The notes below the pieces were generated by a model. That model did no database searches, was not told where the DNA came from, and saw only the letters and a program-made list of their open reading frames with translations. A program made the position numbers and the translations under genes. 64,000 bases of DNA from Gemmatimonadales bacterium (lineage in GTDB: Bacteria; Gemmatimonadota; Gemmatimonadetes; Gemmatimonadales; GWC2-71-9), in assembly GCA_039794085.1 (NCBI GenBank), contig JBDIWC010000001.1, positions 96,678-160,677 of the forward strand. The letters are read 5' to 3'. How positions within the stretch are numbered: position 1 is the stretch's first letter; each line of letters opens with the position of its first letter. Shown in pieces: positions 18,219 to 28,081 of the stretch.

Positions 18219-19356
18219 AGGGGAGGCTCCACCGCGTGTAGTCCCAGCTCAGGACGAGGGTTCCGCTCCGGCCTTCGCCCGGCTCCACCGCGATCGTGAA
18301 GGTCTCGACCGGCTCCCCGAGCTGTTCCACCTGGAGCGGGAGATGCACCAGATCCTGCGACGCATCGTACTCCGTACCCCACTGACCGGTTTGCCGGTTC
18401 ACGATCAGGGTCGCTCCCTCTGCCGTGGGAATCGAAAAGAGCGTGTACATCCCCGCCGGAATGGTATGTTCTCCCACCCGCACGGCACGGGAGAGTCGGA
18501 ACTGGGTCGCCGCGTTGGCACCCGTCCGCCAGACCTCCCCGAACGGAACGACTCGGCCGAAGATGTCCCGGCCCCGTTTCGAGGGCCGGCCGTAGTCCAC
18601 CATGATCTCGGCTCCGGCCACGGTGGCTTCCACCGTGTCCCGCCCCGACAGCACCACCTGCCCCTGGCTCTGGCGCTGGCGCTCCAGGAACGCTGACTCG
18701 ACAGCATCCAGGTCCAGATCAGGGAGACGGGTCGTCGTGGTTTGCATCGTGGTGTGACCGCCGTCCGTCCCCAGCACCCGGCCCTCGGCATCCACCCGGA
18801 TCATGAGGGGACTCCCGAAGGTCAGGATCGACACGGAGTCGGGAGACGTGCGCACCACGGCATTGGGCGATGCCCGGCGGGCTCCCAGGGAGATGAGCGC
18901 CACCGGGAACGAGTCGGAGCGCGCCCGGGCGGCGAGACGCGTGATGAACTCCTGAAGTCCGGCGACTTGGGAAATCGACGGGGCCACAACTCCATTCACC
19001 GGGATCTGGGTGGTGTCCGCCCGTTCCCCTTGGGAAACCACGGACACGGCCACCGTGTCCTCCACGGTGAGTGTCACGTCCCGGGGAGGCCGTGTGGTGT
19101 CGCCGGGTACCGTGATGCGAGCCGTGAAATACCTCAGATCCCCCTCGGGTCCCACCTCACCCCGGTACTCCGTGCGCTGGGTCACCGGGACCCGCTGCAC
19201 CACCTGACCCTCGAATCCCGAGGCGGTCCATGTTATTGTTTCAGCGGTCAGGGTGTCCTGGCCCAGAAGGGTCAGGAACGCCGCGTGGTCCCCGGCAGCG
19301 GGGGTGCCGGTGCAGGCGGCCAGTACGGTGAAGAGCAGGAGGAACGGTATACGCAT
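18205..19356 (-). CDS. DUF2911 domain lipoprotein
   Basis: Lipobox LAAC; VDYGRPSKRGR.IFG.VVPFGEVWRTGANAAT. Confidence 0.85.
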   Translation of the reverse strand: MRIPFLLLFTVLAACTGTPAAGDHAAFLTLLGQDTLTAETITWTASGFEGQVVQRVPVTQRTEYRGEVGPEGDLRYFTARITVPGDTTRPPRDVTLTVEDTVAVSVVSQGERADTTQIPVNGVVAPSISQVAGLQEFITRLAARARSDSFPVALISLGARRASPNAVVRTSPDSVSILTFGSPLMIRVDAEGRVLGTDGGHTTMQTTTTRLPDLDLDAVESAFLERQRQSQGQVVLSGRDTVEATVAGAEIMVDYGRPSKRGRDIFGRVVPFGEVWRTGANAATQFRLSRAVRVGEHTIPAGMYTLFSIPTAEGATLIVNRQTGQWGTEYDASQDLVHLPLQVEQLGEPVETFTIAVEPGEGRSGTLVLSWDYTRWSLPFTVQ

Positions 19357-19552
19357 GGCATCCTCGGAAATGGGACTGAGCTGAGCGGGTCCATCCGAGG
19401 GCCGGACGGACTCGATGACGATCGGATGCATGGAAACTACCGGACGGTACCCTGCGTAGGGAACCCCAAGGGTACTTTTCCCCGGCGGGGTGTGTATGCG
19501 CACCGCAGAGAGGGCGTCCCCTCAAGTGACTCCCCAGCCCCAGAGACGGCAG

Positions 19553-20284
19553 ATGCTTTCTCTTTTTCATGAGGTTCACACCCTGTCCAAGCCGACCGTT
19601 CTGGCCGCCTTGGTCAGCCTCGGCTGCCATGTCGCCCTGTTCGGGATGATCTTCGTCGGGATCACCGCCGACACCACCGAGCGGAATGAGCGGATGATGG
19701 AATTCGTCACCTACCTGGTGCCGCCCGACCAGGTCCGGGGGGGGGACCAGTCCGGAGCCGGGAGCATCGCGTGGGAGGGAGTCGGCCAGGGAGGGGGGGG
19801 AGAGGGCGACACACCCGGAATCACCGAGGGCACCGGGCCCGCGGGCCCTGCAACCGCCCCCGAGGCCGGGGGAGGCCCCCCGGACGACGGACCGACCCTG
19901 CAGGAGCTCCTCGCCGCCATCGCGGGCGACTCCATCCACACCCAGCTCGATGTGGACAGCACGGTGGCTCGGTACCCCGGGAGCGCCGCGCCAGCTTACC
20001 CCCCCAATCTTCTGGCCGAACAGATCGAAGGAAGCGCCTTCGTCCTCTACGTGGTGGACACAACCGGCCTGGTGGACACCTCGTCGGTCAAGGTCATCAG
20101 GACCACTCATCCTGATTTCGTCACCGCGGTCAAGGCGGCCCTTCCCGACATGCTCTTCCGACCCGCCATTCTCCGCGGGACCAAGGTTCGGCAACTCGTC
20201 CAGCAGTCCTTCGCTTTCAGGATAACTCCTCCCACTCCCCCGGCCCCACAGCGTCCTCCGGATTCGCTTCCCCCCACCGTCTGA
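19553..20284 (+). CDS. Energy transducer TonB family protein
   Basis: TM anchor with SxxxH; Pro/Gly linker; P.YP..L....IEG.....YVVDTTG, FRPA...G.KVRQ. Confidence 0.85.
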   Translation: MLSLFHEVHTLSKPTVLAALVSLGCHVALFGMIFVGITADTTERNERMMEFVTYLVPPDQVRGGDQSGAGSIAWEGVGQGGGGEGDTPGITEGTGPAGPATAPEAGGGPPDDGPTLQELLAAIAGDSIHTQLDVDSTVARYPGSAAPAYPPNLLAEQIEGSAFVLYVVDTTGLVDTSSVKVIRTTHPDFVTAVKAALPDMLFRPAILRGTKVRQLVQQSFAFRITPPTPPAPQRPPDSLPPTV

Positions 20285-20378
20285 CGGCCCAACCCGGCAC
20301 CCTTCGCCTCCACCGGTCACGACCTTACAATTGGGGGAATCCACCCTGATCCCGCGAGAACCGACCCCAAGGCGGCCC

Positions 20379-21161
20379 GTGACCCACACTATCGATCTGA
20401 ACGCGGACCTGGGAGAAGGCGCGGGCCCCGGCCGTCTCGCCACGGATGCGGCGCTCCTCCCCCTCGTGAGCAGTGCCAACATCGCGTGCGGCGCTCACGC
20501 CGGAGACCCCCTCCTCATGGCCGAGGTCCTCACCCTGGCCCGGCACCACGGAGTGACTGCCGGAGCTCACCCGGGGTACCCCGACCGCACCGGCTTCGGC
20601 CGACGTGAGCTCGGCGCATCGGCCCCGGAGATCGTCATCGAGGTGCTCGCCCAGGTCGGCTCCCTCCGCGCCCTCGGCCGACACGTCGGCCATCCGATGC
20701 GGTATCTCAAACCCCATGGAGCCCTCTATCATCGGCTGGGACGGGACCAGGAGACCGCTCGCGCTCTGGCCACGGCCCTGGCCGCCCTCTGGCCTGACCT
20801 GGTCGTGCTGACCACCGCCGTCGGCGTCCTCGCCCGGGAAGCCAGGGAGGCGGGGCTCCGAGTGGCCCGCGAGGCCTTCCTCGATCGGGGCTACCAGCCG
20901 GATGGGACCCTGGTGCCTCGCGGGAACGCGGGAGACCTGCTCCACGATCCCACCCTCGTGGCCGATCGCGCGGAGCGAATCGTGTGTGATCGAACAGTGG
21001 AGACGGGGGAGGGAACCCGCATCCCCCTGCAGGCCGATTCCCTCTGTGTTCATGGGGACGGGCCCGCCGCCGTGGCCCTGCTCGAGGCGGTGCGCACGCG
21101 GTTCGCTCAGAGGGGCATCACGGTGGCATCCTTCGCCCCCTCCGCCACGTTCCCCTCGTGA
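20379..21161 (+). CDS. pxpA: 5-oxoprolinase subunit A (LamB/YcsF)
   Basis: IDLNADLGE, ANIACGAHAGD, GAHPGYPD, KPHGALY, CVHGD. Confidence 0.95.
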   Translation: MTHTIDLNADLGEGAGPGRLATDAALLPLVSSANIACGAHAGDPLLMAEVLTLARHHGVTAGAHPGYPDRTGFGRRELGASAPEIVIEVLAQVGSLRALGRHVGHPMRYLKPHGALYHRLGRDQETARALATALAALWPDLVVLTTAVGVLAREAREAGLRVAREAFLDRGYQPDGTLVPRGNAGDLLHDPTLVADRAERIVCDRTVETGEGTRIPLQADSLCVHGDGPAAVALLEAVRTRFAQRGITVASFAPSATFPS

Positions 21162-21793
21162 TCCTCGCTCCTCTCGGCGACTCGGCCCTCACCATCACCG
21201 TGGCCGACCGGATCTCGCCCGAGGCCATCCGGCGCGTCCATTCCCTCACGGCGTCCCTCCGCAGCGCTGCCATACCGGGCATTCAGGATGTGGTGCCGGC
21301 CTACACCGGCCTGGCCGTTTTCTACGACCCGCTCCATCTCGACTACAGCGACCTCGCCGGCGTCATTCGCGGGCAGTGGTCGGACACCAACTCCGCGATA
21401 CAGGACATTCCCCCCCGCTCGTGGACTATCCCCGTCACCTACGACGGCCCCGACCTCCCCGCGGTGGCGAAAGCGACCGGACTCTCGATGGAGGAGGTCG
21501 TCGCCCGGCACAGCGACCGGTGGTACGACGTCTACTTCCTCGGGTTCGTCCCGGGCTTTGCCTACCTGGGCCCCCTCGATCCCGCCCTGGTCCTCCCCCG
21601 TCGCGACACGCCGCGCCCGCGGGTCCCCGCGGGGAGCGTGGCCATCGGCGGGGCCCAGACCGCGGTGTACCCTCTCGTCACCCCGGGGGGGTGGCACCTG
21701 ATCGGCCGCACCGACACGCGTCTCTTCGACCCCGCGAGCGAGGAGCCGGCCCGGCTGGCCGCCGGCGATCGCGTCCGGTTCCTGCCCACGTGA
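21158..21793 (+). CDS. pxpB: 5-oxoprolinase subunit B (KipI)
   Basis: PLGDSAL, GFVPGFAYL, PAGSVAIGG, TPGGWHLIGRT. Confidence 0.95.
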   Translation: MILAPLGDSALTITVADRISPEAIRRVHSLTASLRSAAIPGIQDVVPAYTGLAVFYDPLHLDYSDLAGVIRGQWSDTNSAIQDIPPRSWTIPVTYDGPDLPAVAKATGLSMEEVVARHSDRWYDVYFLGFVPGFAYLGPLDPALVLPRRDTPRPRVPAGSVAIGGAQTAVYPLVTPGGWHLIGRTDTRLFDPASEEPARLAAGDRVRFLPT

Positions 21794-22749
21794 GCCTCAC
21801 TGTCGTTGACCCGCCTCCGTGGGCCACGATCCAGGACACCGGCCGTCCCGCGGTTCGCCATGCCGGGGTCCCTCCGTCCGGGGCCATGGACCCCGACGCC
21901 CTCGCCCTCGTCAACCTCGCCCTCGGGAACCGCGCCGAGGCCGCCGCTCTGGAATGGGCCCTCGGCCCGGGTACGCTCCGGGCCGGATCACCCCTCACGA
22001 TATGTTGCAGCGGCTCGCACCCCCTTACCACCATCGACCACAACCCCCTCCCACCCTGGACCACCCGGTCGGTGCCGGCGGGAGCCACCCTGACTCTGGC
22101 ACCCCCGGCTCCCGAACGGTTCGCCTACCTCGCCGTGCGCGGCGGCCTGGACGTGCCTCCGGTTCTCGGCAGCCGCTCCACCTATCTGCCCGGAGCCTTC
22201 GGCGGACACCAGGGTCGCCTCCTCCGCCGCGGGGATGAGATCCCCACCGGAGCCCCACCGAAGCACCACGCGGATCCATTCACCATCCCCCCCATCCTGC
22301 GACCCCGGGGGGATGAACCCATCCAGCTTCTGCGGGGACCCGATGCCTCCTGCCTCTCGAACGAGCAATGGAGCACCCTCGTCGACAGCGAATGGAAAGT
22401 GGGCCCCGCGAGTGATCGGACCGGACTCCGGCTCGTGGGTCCCTCCCTTCCTCCCATCCTCGCGGACGACTTTCCCTCCGCCCCCGTGTGCCCCGGGACC
22501 GTCCAGATGCCTCCGGGGGGCTCTCCCGTGGTTCTCATGCCCGACGGACCCACCATCGGGGGATACCCTCGGGTGGCCGTGGTGATCAGCACCGATCTCG
22601 GCCGCCTGGCCCTGACCCCGCCCGGACGTCCGGTCCGGTTCGCCGAGGTGGACATCGAGGAGGCGCAGCGACGGTACCGCCGGAGACGGGTGGACTGGCA
22701 CACGCTGGAGCACCTCGTTGGCTTGCACGCCGAGGGAGGATCCGCATGA
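21790..22749 (+). CDS. pxpC: 5-oxoprolinase subunit C (KipA)
   Basis: GTG 21790 (GTGA overlap); IQDTGR, GAMD, YLAVRGG, GSRST, SDRTGLRL, PTIGGYP. Confidence 0.92.
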   Translation: MSLTVVDPPPWATIQDTGRPAVRHAGVPPSGAMDPDALALVNLALGNRAEAAALEWALGPGTLRAGSPLTICCSGSHPLTTIDHNPLPPWTTRSVPAGATLTLAPPAPERFAYLAVRGGLDVPPVLGSRSTYLPGAFGGHQGRLLRRGDEIPTGAPPKHHADPFTIPPILRPRGDEPIQLLRGPDASCLSNEQWSTLVDSEWKVGPASDRTGLRLVGPSLPPILADDFPSAPVCPGTVQMPPGGSPVVLMPDGPTIGGYPRVAVVISTDLGRLALTPPGRPVRFAEVDIEEAQRRYRRRRVDWHTLEHLVGLHAEGGSA

Positions 22750-23939
22750 GATGGCCTCGCGTCGGTCCCGGTGCCCTCGTCGCCGCGGCCTTCATCGGGC
22801 CCGGCACCGTCACCACCTGCATCCTGGCGGGGGTCCGCTTTGGCGACGCGCTCCTCTGGGCCCTTCTCTTCGCCACCCTGGCCACGATCATTCTGCAGGA
22901 AATGTCCGCCCGGATCGGCACCGTCGCCGGACTCGGACTCGGCGAGGCCCTCCGATCGCGCCTCCGCACGCCGGGGCTCCGCCTGGGGGCAGCCATCCTG
23001 ATCACCGCCGCCATCGGCTTCGGCAATGCCGCCTTCCAGACCGGAAACCTGCTCGGCGCGGCACTCGGGGCGGAACTCCTCCTGGGGGGCTCACTCCGGG
23101 GCTGGGCCCTGGCCGTGGCCCTGGTGGCGGCGGTCCTCCTCTGGCGCGGCAACTACCGGATCATCGAACGGGCCCTCGTGGGTCTCGTGATCCTCATGTC
23201 GGGGGTCTTCGTCCTGACCGCCCTTCGCACCGGGGCCTTTTCTCTGCAGACCCTCGCCCCCCTTCTCACTCCCTCCCTCCCGGAGGGGAGCACCCTCGTG
23301 GCCCTGGGTCTGATCGGCACCACGGTCGTACCTTACAATCTCTTCCTGCACGCCTCCGCGGCCCGGGAGCGGTTCCACCGCCAGGGAACCCTGACCGACG
23401 CCCGGGTCGACCTTCTCATCGCGATCGGAGCGGGAGGTCTCGTGAGCATGGCGATCCTCCTCACCGGGGCCCGGGGCGGAGGCGCGGACATCACGTCGGC
23501 GGCCGACATGGCCCGGCATCTCGAACCACTGCTGGGCCGTTGGGCCCGGGGGTTCTTCGCGCTCGGCCTCCTCGCCGCCGGGCTCACCTCCGCCATCACC
23601 GCTCCCCTCGCCGCCGCCTGGGCCGTGGCAGGGGCGTGCGGGTGGGCGGGAGACCTCCGGAGCCCGCGCTTCCGGATGGTGTGGGGGATCGTGCTCGTGA
23701 CGGGGGCGCTTTTTGCCGCCAGCGGCGTGCGTCCCGTCCCCGCCATTCTCTTTGCCCAGGCCGCCAACGGGTTGCTTCTCCCGGTCATTGCCCTCTTTCT
23801 TCTGGCGACCGCGAATGATCGTACCTTGCTGGGCGACGCCCGGAACGGGGTGCTCGCCAACCTGTTCGGATCCGCCATCGTGCTGGTCACCGTGGCTCTG
23901 GGACTCCGAGGGCTTCTGGGGGCCTTCGGAGTCCTCTGA
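22746..23939 (+). CDS. NRAMP-like transporter (YcsG type)
   Basis: GPGALVAAAFIGPGTVTT, QEMSARIG, IGTTVVPYNLFLH; many TM helices; ATGA overlap with pxpC. Confidence 0.88.
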   Translation: MRWPRVGPGALVAAAFIGPGTVTTCILAGVRFGDALLWALLFATLATIILQEMSARIGTVAGLGLGEALRSRLRTPGLRLGAAILITAAIGFGNAAFQTGNLLGAALGAELLLGGSLRGWALAVALVAAVLLWRGNYRIIERALVGLVILMSGVFVLTALRTGAFSLQTLAPLLTPSLPEGSTLVALGLIGTTVVPYNLFLHASAARERFHRQGTLTDARVDLLIAIGAGGLVSMAILLTGARGGGADITSAADMARHLEPLLGRWARGFFALGLLAAGLTSAITAPLAAAWAVAGACGWAGDLRSPRFRMVWGIVLVTGALFAASGVRPVPAILFAQAANGLLLPVIALFLLATANDRTLLGDARNGVLANLFGSAIVLVTVALGLRGLLGAFGVL

Positions 23940-23996
23940 ACCATCGAGCACGCGCTGACGCGGATCGAGCGAGTGAACCATCCAACGGAGAGTCAC

Positions 23997-25358
23997 ATGA
24001 CGGCACGGATTGCCATCGTCGGAGCGGGACCCACCGGCTTCTTCCTGGCCGAACGGCTGCTGAATCAGACCGACGTTCCGGTGGCCGTCGACCTCTTCGA
24101 GCGACTCCCCGCCCCGTACGGCCTGGTCCGCTACGGCGTGGCACCCGACCATGAGAAGATCCGGAACGTCACCCGCGCCTTCGATCGCACCGCCGCCCGC
24201 CCCGGTTTCCGCTACGCCGGCCATGTGAACATCGGCACCGACCTGAGCCTGGACGACCTGCGCGCCTGCTATGACCAGGTTTGCTTCACCACCGGCGCGC
24301 AGACCGATCGCCGCATGGGAATCCCCGGGGAGGACCTCCGGAACTCGCATCCCGCCACCGAGTTCGTGGCCTGGTACAACGGGCACCCCGAGTTCCGGGA
24401 CTGCACCTTTCATCTCGGCGCCCGCCGGGTCGCGGTGATCGGGGTCGGCAACGTCGCGGTGGACGTGGCCCGCATCCTCTGCCGGACGCCGGAGGAACTC
24501 GCCTCGACCGACATCGCCGATCACGCTCTCGAGGCGCTGGCGACGAGTGAGGTCGAGGAGGTCATGTTGCTGGGACGACGGGGACCGGTCCAGGCCGCCT
24601 TCACCACCCCCGAGGTCAAGGAGCTCGGGGAACTCGCGGGGGCCGACGTCCGGGTCCGACCGGAGGAGGTGACCCTCGACCCCGAGAGTGAGATCGATCT
24701 CGCCGCGGGCGACGAGGCCACCCGGCGCAAGGTGGAGATTCTCCAGGCCTATGCCCATCGCATCCCCACCGGAGCGGCGCGCACTCTCACGCTCCGTTTC
24801 CTCGTTTCCCCGGTCGAACTCCTGGGCGACGACACCGGCGCCGTCCGGGCCATTCGCCTGGTCCGCAATGCCCTGGTGCGGAACCCGGACGGGAGCCTGA
24901 GCGCCCGCGCCACCGATGTCGCGGAGGAGATTCCAGTCGGCCTGGTGTTCCGGTCCGTGGGGTACCGCGGCGTGCCGATTCCGGGGATCCCGTTCGACGA
25001 GAAACGAGGAGTGGTGCCCAATGCGGCGGGACGGGTGCTCGATCCCACAACCGGGGCCCCCCTGCCCCGAACCTACGTGGCGGGATGGATCAAGCGGGGA
25101 CCGAGCGGGGTGATCGGAACCAACAAGCCGTGCGCCGCCGAGACCGCCGCCGCCATGCTGGAGGATCTGCGCTCCGGGTCCCTCTCGCGCGTCACCGGCC
25201 CCGACGCGATGGACCTCCTGCGGGAGCGTGGGGTGAGGTATCTCACCTTTCCCGAATGGGAATCGATCCGGAGCACAGAGGAGGCAAGGGGCAAGGCGGC
25301 GGGACGCCCGCGGGTCAAGTTGGTGGACCCCGCGGAGTATCTCCCCTCTCCGATCTGA
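23997..25358 (+). CDS. Ferredoxin--NADP+ reductase (FprA/adrenodoxin reductase type)
   Basis: IVGAGPTG, PYGLVRYGVAPDH, GVGNVAVDVAR, GWIKRGPSGVIGTN. Confidence 0.92.
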   Translation: MTARIAIVGAGPTGFFLAERLLNQTDVPVAVDLFERLPAPYGLVRYGVAPDHEKIRNVTRAFDRTAARPGFRYAGHVNIGTDLSLDDLRACYDQVCFTTGAQTDRRMGIPGEDLRNSHPATEFVAWYNGHPEFRDCTFHLGARRVAVIGVGNVAVDVARILCRTPEELASTDIADHALEALATSEVEEVMLLGRRGPVQAAFTTPEVKELGELAGADVRVRPEEVTLDPESEIDLAAGDEATRRKVEILQAYAHRIPTGAARTLTLRFLVSPVELLGDDTGAVRAIRLVRNALVRNPDGSLSARATDVAEEIPVGLVFRSVGYRGVPIPGIPFDEKRGVVPNAAGRVLDPTTGAPLPRTYVAGWIKRGPSGVIGTNKPCAAETAAAMLEDLRSGSLSRVTGPDAMDLLRERGVRYLTFPEWESIRSTEEARGKAAGRPRVKLVDPAEYLPSPI

Positions 25359-26268
25359 GGAGGGGGCGGATGGGAGGGACCGGTTCCACCCGGAGGGAAG
25401 CCCACCCGTCGGTTCCGGGGGTTCCATAGCGCAGGTCCCCGACCCGCCACCCCCCTCCCGGGAGCGGCTCCGCAAAGGGGGCCCGGGCCCAGTCGAACCA
25501 CGCACGACCCTCGCGGGTGGCTTCCAATGCGTCGAGAACCTCCACCTCCAGTCCCTTGGGCACGGAATCGATCCAGGCCACGGTCACGGGAAACCCCCGG
25601 ACACTCCCCCGGATCCACACCCTGCCCCCGTCCACCAGGATATCCCGTGAGAGTGGACGAAGCGCGAGCGGCACCACGATCACCGGAGCGGCGGCCCCAG
25701 CGGGGGCATCGGCCCGCGCCGTGGTTCGCGCCATTCCCGTCACGCCGAGTTGAGTCGCGATGTACACCGCCGCCAGGGCGAGACCACGGCGCGCCCACTG
25801 GATCCCTCGATCCCGACGGCGCGCCAGGAACCATGTGATGCCAAGGATCAGATAGAGCACCGGATCGATGATGAAGAGGGTGTCCGCCGCGGTCCACGTT
25901 CCGTCGAACGGCATGAGCCACCGCATTCCGTACACGTTCATCCAGTCAAGCAGGGGATGGGTCAGCACCGCCGCGGTGACCAGGACCAGGAGGGGACCGG
26001 CGCGCACCGGCTCCCCCTCGGTCCGGTGCCGCCAGCGTGCCAGCAGGAGAAGTAGTCCGGTCAACAGCAGGGGGAGGATCACCAGGGCCACCACTCCGTG
26101 CGTCCATCCTCTCCGGACTCCGAGCATCGGACCGAGCATCACCGCGAACACGTCGATGTCGGGGAGGTTGGCGCCGATCACTCCCCCCGCGACGGCGAAC
26201 CGCATCCGCCTTCGGGGGCCGCTCTCCGCAAGCACCGCTCCCACGAGAGTATGACAGAGAGGATCCAT
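25315..26268 (-). CDS. Membrane-bound metal-dependent hydrolase (YbcI/YdjM-like)
   Basis: MDPLCHTL, NLPDID, RGWTH, THPLLDWMN.YG, FIIDP; 3' end overlaps the FNR gene. Confidence 0.85.
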   Translation of the reverse strand: MDPLCHTLVGAVLAESGPRRRMRFAVAGGVIGANLPDIDVFAVMLGPMLGVRRGWTHGVVALVILPLLLTGLLLLLARWRHRTEGEPVRAGPLLVLVTAAVLTHPLLDWMNVYGMRWLMPFDGTWTAADTLFIIDPVLYLILGITWFLARRRDRGIQWARRGLALAAVYIATQLGVTGMARTTARADAPAGAAAPVIVVPLALRPLSRDILVDGGRVWIRGSVRGFPVTVAWIDSVPKGLEVEVLDALEATREGRAWFDWARAPFAEPLPGGGWRVGDLRYGTPGTDGWASLRVEPVPPIRPLLRSERGDTPRGPPT

Positions 26269-26311
26269 GAACGCCGCCGCTCCCGGTGGTTGGTCGTCAC
26301 TGAAACCTATC

Positions 26312-26678
26312 GTCATCCCCACGAATGCGGGATCCATCTTGCCGGGCTTCGGGGATGAAAATGGGGCTCTTCAGGGTTTCGTGTAGGTGGGGGGCACCTG
26401 CACCGTGCAGTCCACAGGCTCTCAACGCGTTCGTGGGTTGGCTCTCCGTGGTGCTCCGGGTCGTCCGGCGATGAGGAAAATGGCCACAAGAGGCACAGAA
26501 GGCACAAGAGGCACGCGACTCGGCAGGAAGGGGCCGATGAACCAGCGACACCTGTTTTGTGTCTCTTGTGCTTTTTGTGGCTGGATCGCGGGGGGTGAGG
26601 GGAGGCGCTCCGACCGAACATCAAGCCACGCCAAGGCCGGAAGAGTCCAAAACGGATTCCCGGGTGCGCGGGAATGAC
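26312..26678. repeat. REP-like inverted-repeat pair enclosing a second, 9-nt-periodic inverted pair
   Basis: GTCATCCCCACGAATGCGGGATCC (26312) versus GGATTCCCGGGTGCGCGGGAATGAC (26654-26678); inner GCCACAAGAGGCACAGAAGGCACAAGAG (26483) versus TTGTGTCTCTTGTGCTTTTTGTGGC (to 26581). Confidence 0.75.
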
Positions 26679-26757
26679 GGGCATGGTAGGTCCGTCCACC
26701 GATCAGAGTGTCCCAATGTATCTTTCGTCCGGACTCTCGACCCCATCCGGAGCAGAC

Positions 26758-27204
26758 ATGCCGTCCGCGAAAAACTTCCCTTCCACCGTGGTCGTCCTCG
26801 CGACCGTTCTCCTCTGTCCGCCGGGCGCCGCGGGGCAAGCCCCAGCACCGGCCGACTCCCTCCCCGAGGGCGTCACCCGGGCCATGGTCACCGCGGGCAA
26901 GGAACTCTTCGGCGGCAAGGGGCTCTGCCTCGCCTGTCACGGGCCCGACGCGAAGGGGGGCCTCGGTCCCGACCTGACCGACACCGACTGGCTTCACGGC
27001 GATGGCCGCTTCACCGAGATCGTCACCCGAATCCTCCTCGGCGTTCCCGACGAGGACTCGATCACCGGACAGTCAATGCCGCCCAAGGGAGGGAGCACCC
27101 TCACCGAGGAGGAGATCCGCGCCGTGGCGGCCTACGTGTGGACCCTGAGCCGAGCGGCCTCGTCCCCCGGACAACCGGCCGGAACGAAACCCGGCCGCCG
27201 CTGA
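26758..27204 (+). CDS. Monoheme cytochrome c
   Basis: Signal peptide, CLACH, GPDLTD..WLHG, Met ligand in MPPKG. Confidence 0.9.
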   Translation: MPSAKNFPSTVVVLATVLLCPPGAAGQAPAPADSLPEGVTRAMVTAGKELFGGKGLCLACHGPDAKGGLGPDLTDTDWLHGDGRFTEIVTRILLGVPDEDSITGQSMPPKGGSTLTEEEIRAVAAYVWTLSRAASSPGQPAGTKPGRR

Positions 27205-27249
27205 GAGCGTCCTGAGAGAGTGACCATCCCCGTGCTTCCGGAGAGCCCC

Positions 27250-27948
27250 ATGCCCAGGTTTCCCCACCCCCCGCGCCGCAGCTTCCTCGCCCGTCTCGCG
27301 GGAGGTGCTGCTGCCCTCGCCATGGGTCCCCGTCTCGGCTCCCTGTCGGCCACGGAGCCTCCACCGGTGGCACCGGCCGCACGGCCCGCGGAATGGGACG
27401 ACGGTTGGGTCCGGCGGATCACCGCTCCCCACCGGCAGGTCTTCGATTCCCCCGAAATCGAGGAGGGCGTGGCATTGCATCAGGCCCGCACCTGGATCCA
27501 GGGATACCGGGAGGTCTACAACACGACGGACGCCGACCACAACGCCGTCATCGTCATCCGTCACGCCGCCGTGCCCATGGTCATGGATGACGCCACCTGG
27601 GACCGGTTCGAACTCGGCAAGGCCAACGAGCTCAAGGATCCCGCCACGGGAGAGCCGGCCCGTCGCAATCCCTTCATGAACGTCCACCCGGGGGACCAGT
27701 ACAGCCTCGTGTGGCCCGATGGAGGCCTCGACAAAATGATGGAACGGGGCGCCATCGTGGTCGCCTGCAATCTGGCACTGCAACGCATCGTGCGCCTGAT
27801 CCGGGCCGCCACCCCCTCCACGACCCGGGAGGAAGCCCAGGCCGAGATGCTCTCTCACGTGGTGCCGGGTGTCGTGGTCATGCCCTCGGGGATCTTCGCC
27901 GTGGCCCGCGCCCAGGAGGCAGGGTGCCATTACATCCGGTCGGGGTGA
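27250..27948 (+). CDS. Tat-exported DsrE-like hypothetical protein
   Basis: PRRSFL twin-arginine signal; VIVIRH, RGAIVVACNLAL, ARAQEAGC. Confidence 0.7.
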   Translation: MPRFPHPPRRSFLARLAGGAAALAMGPRLGSLSATEPPPVAPAARPAEWDDGWVRRITAPHRQVFDSPEIEEGVALHQARTWIQGYREVYNTTDADHNAVIVIRHAAVPMVMDDATWDRFELGKANELKDPATGEPARRNPFMNVHPGDQYSLVWPDGGLDKMMERGAIVVACNLALQRIVRLIRAATPSTTREEAQAEMLSHVVPGVVVMPSGIFAVARAQEAGCHYIRSG

Positions 27949-27960
27949 GCCGTCAGCGGA

Positions 27961-28081
27961 GTACGACGTACGACGGAGGACACAGGACGGAGGACACAGG
28001 ACGGAGGACATAGGACGTAGGCATCATGCCCCTCGGATGCGTGAGAGCCCTCGCCCCTATCGCCTATCGCCTACCGCCTAC
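27961..28081. repeat. 7-nt tandem repeat arrays between convergent genes
   Basis: (GACGGAG/GACACAG)n followed by (CCTATCG/CCTACCG)n. Confidence 0.8.

Noticed and set aside
20902..21789. 615-aa ORF suggesting an extended or fused PxpC
   Set aside because: The upstream part is an off-frame overlap with pxpA and pxpB; homology starts at GTG 21790.
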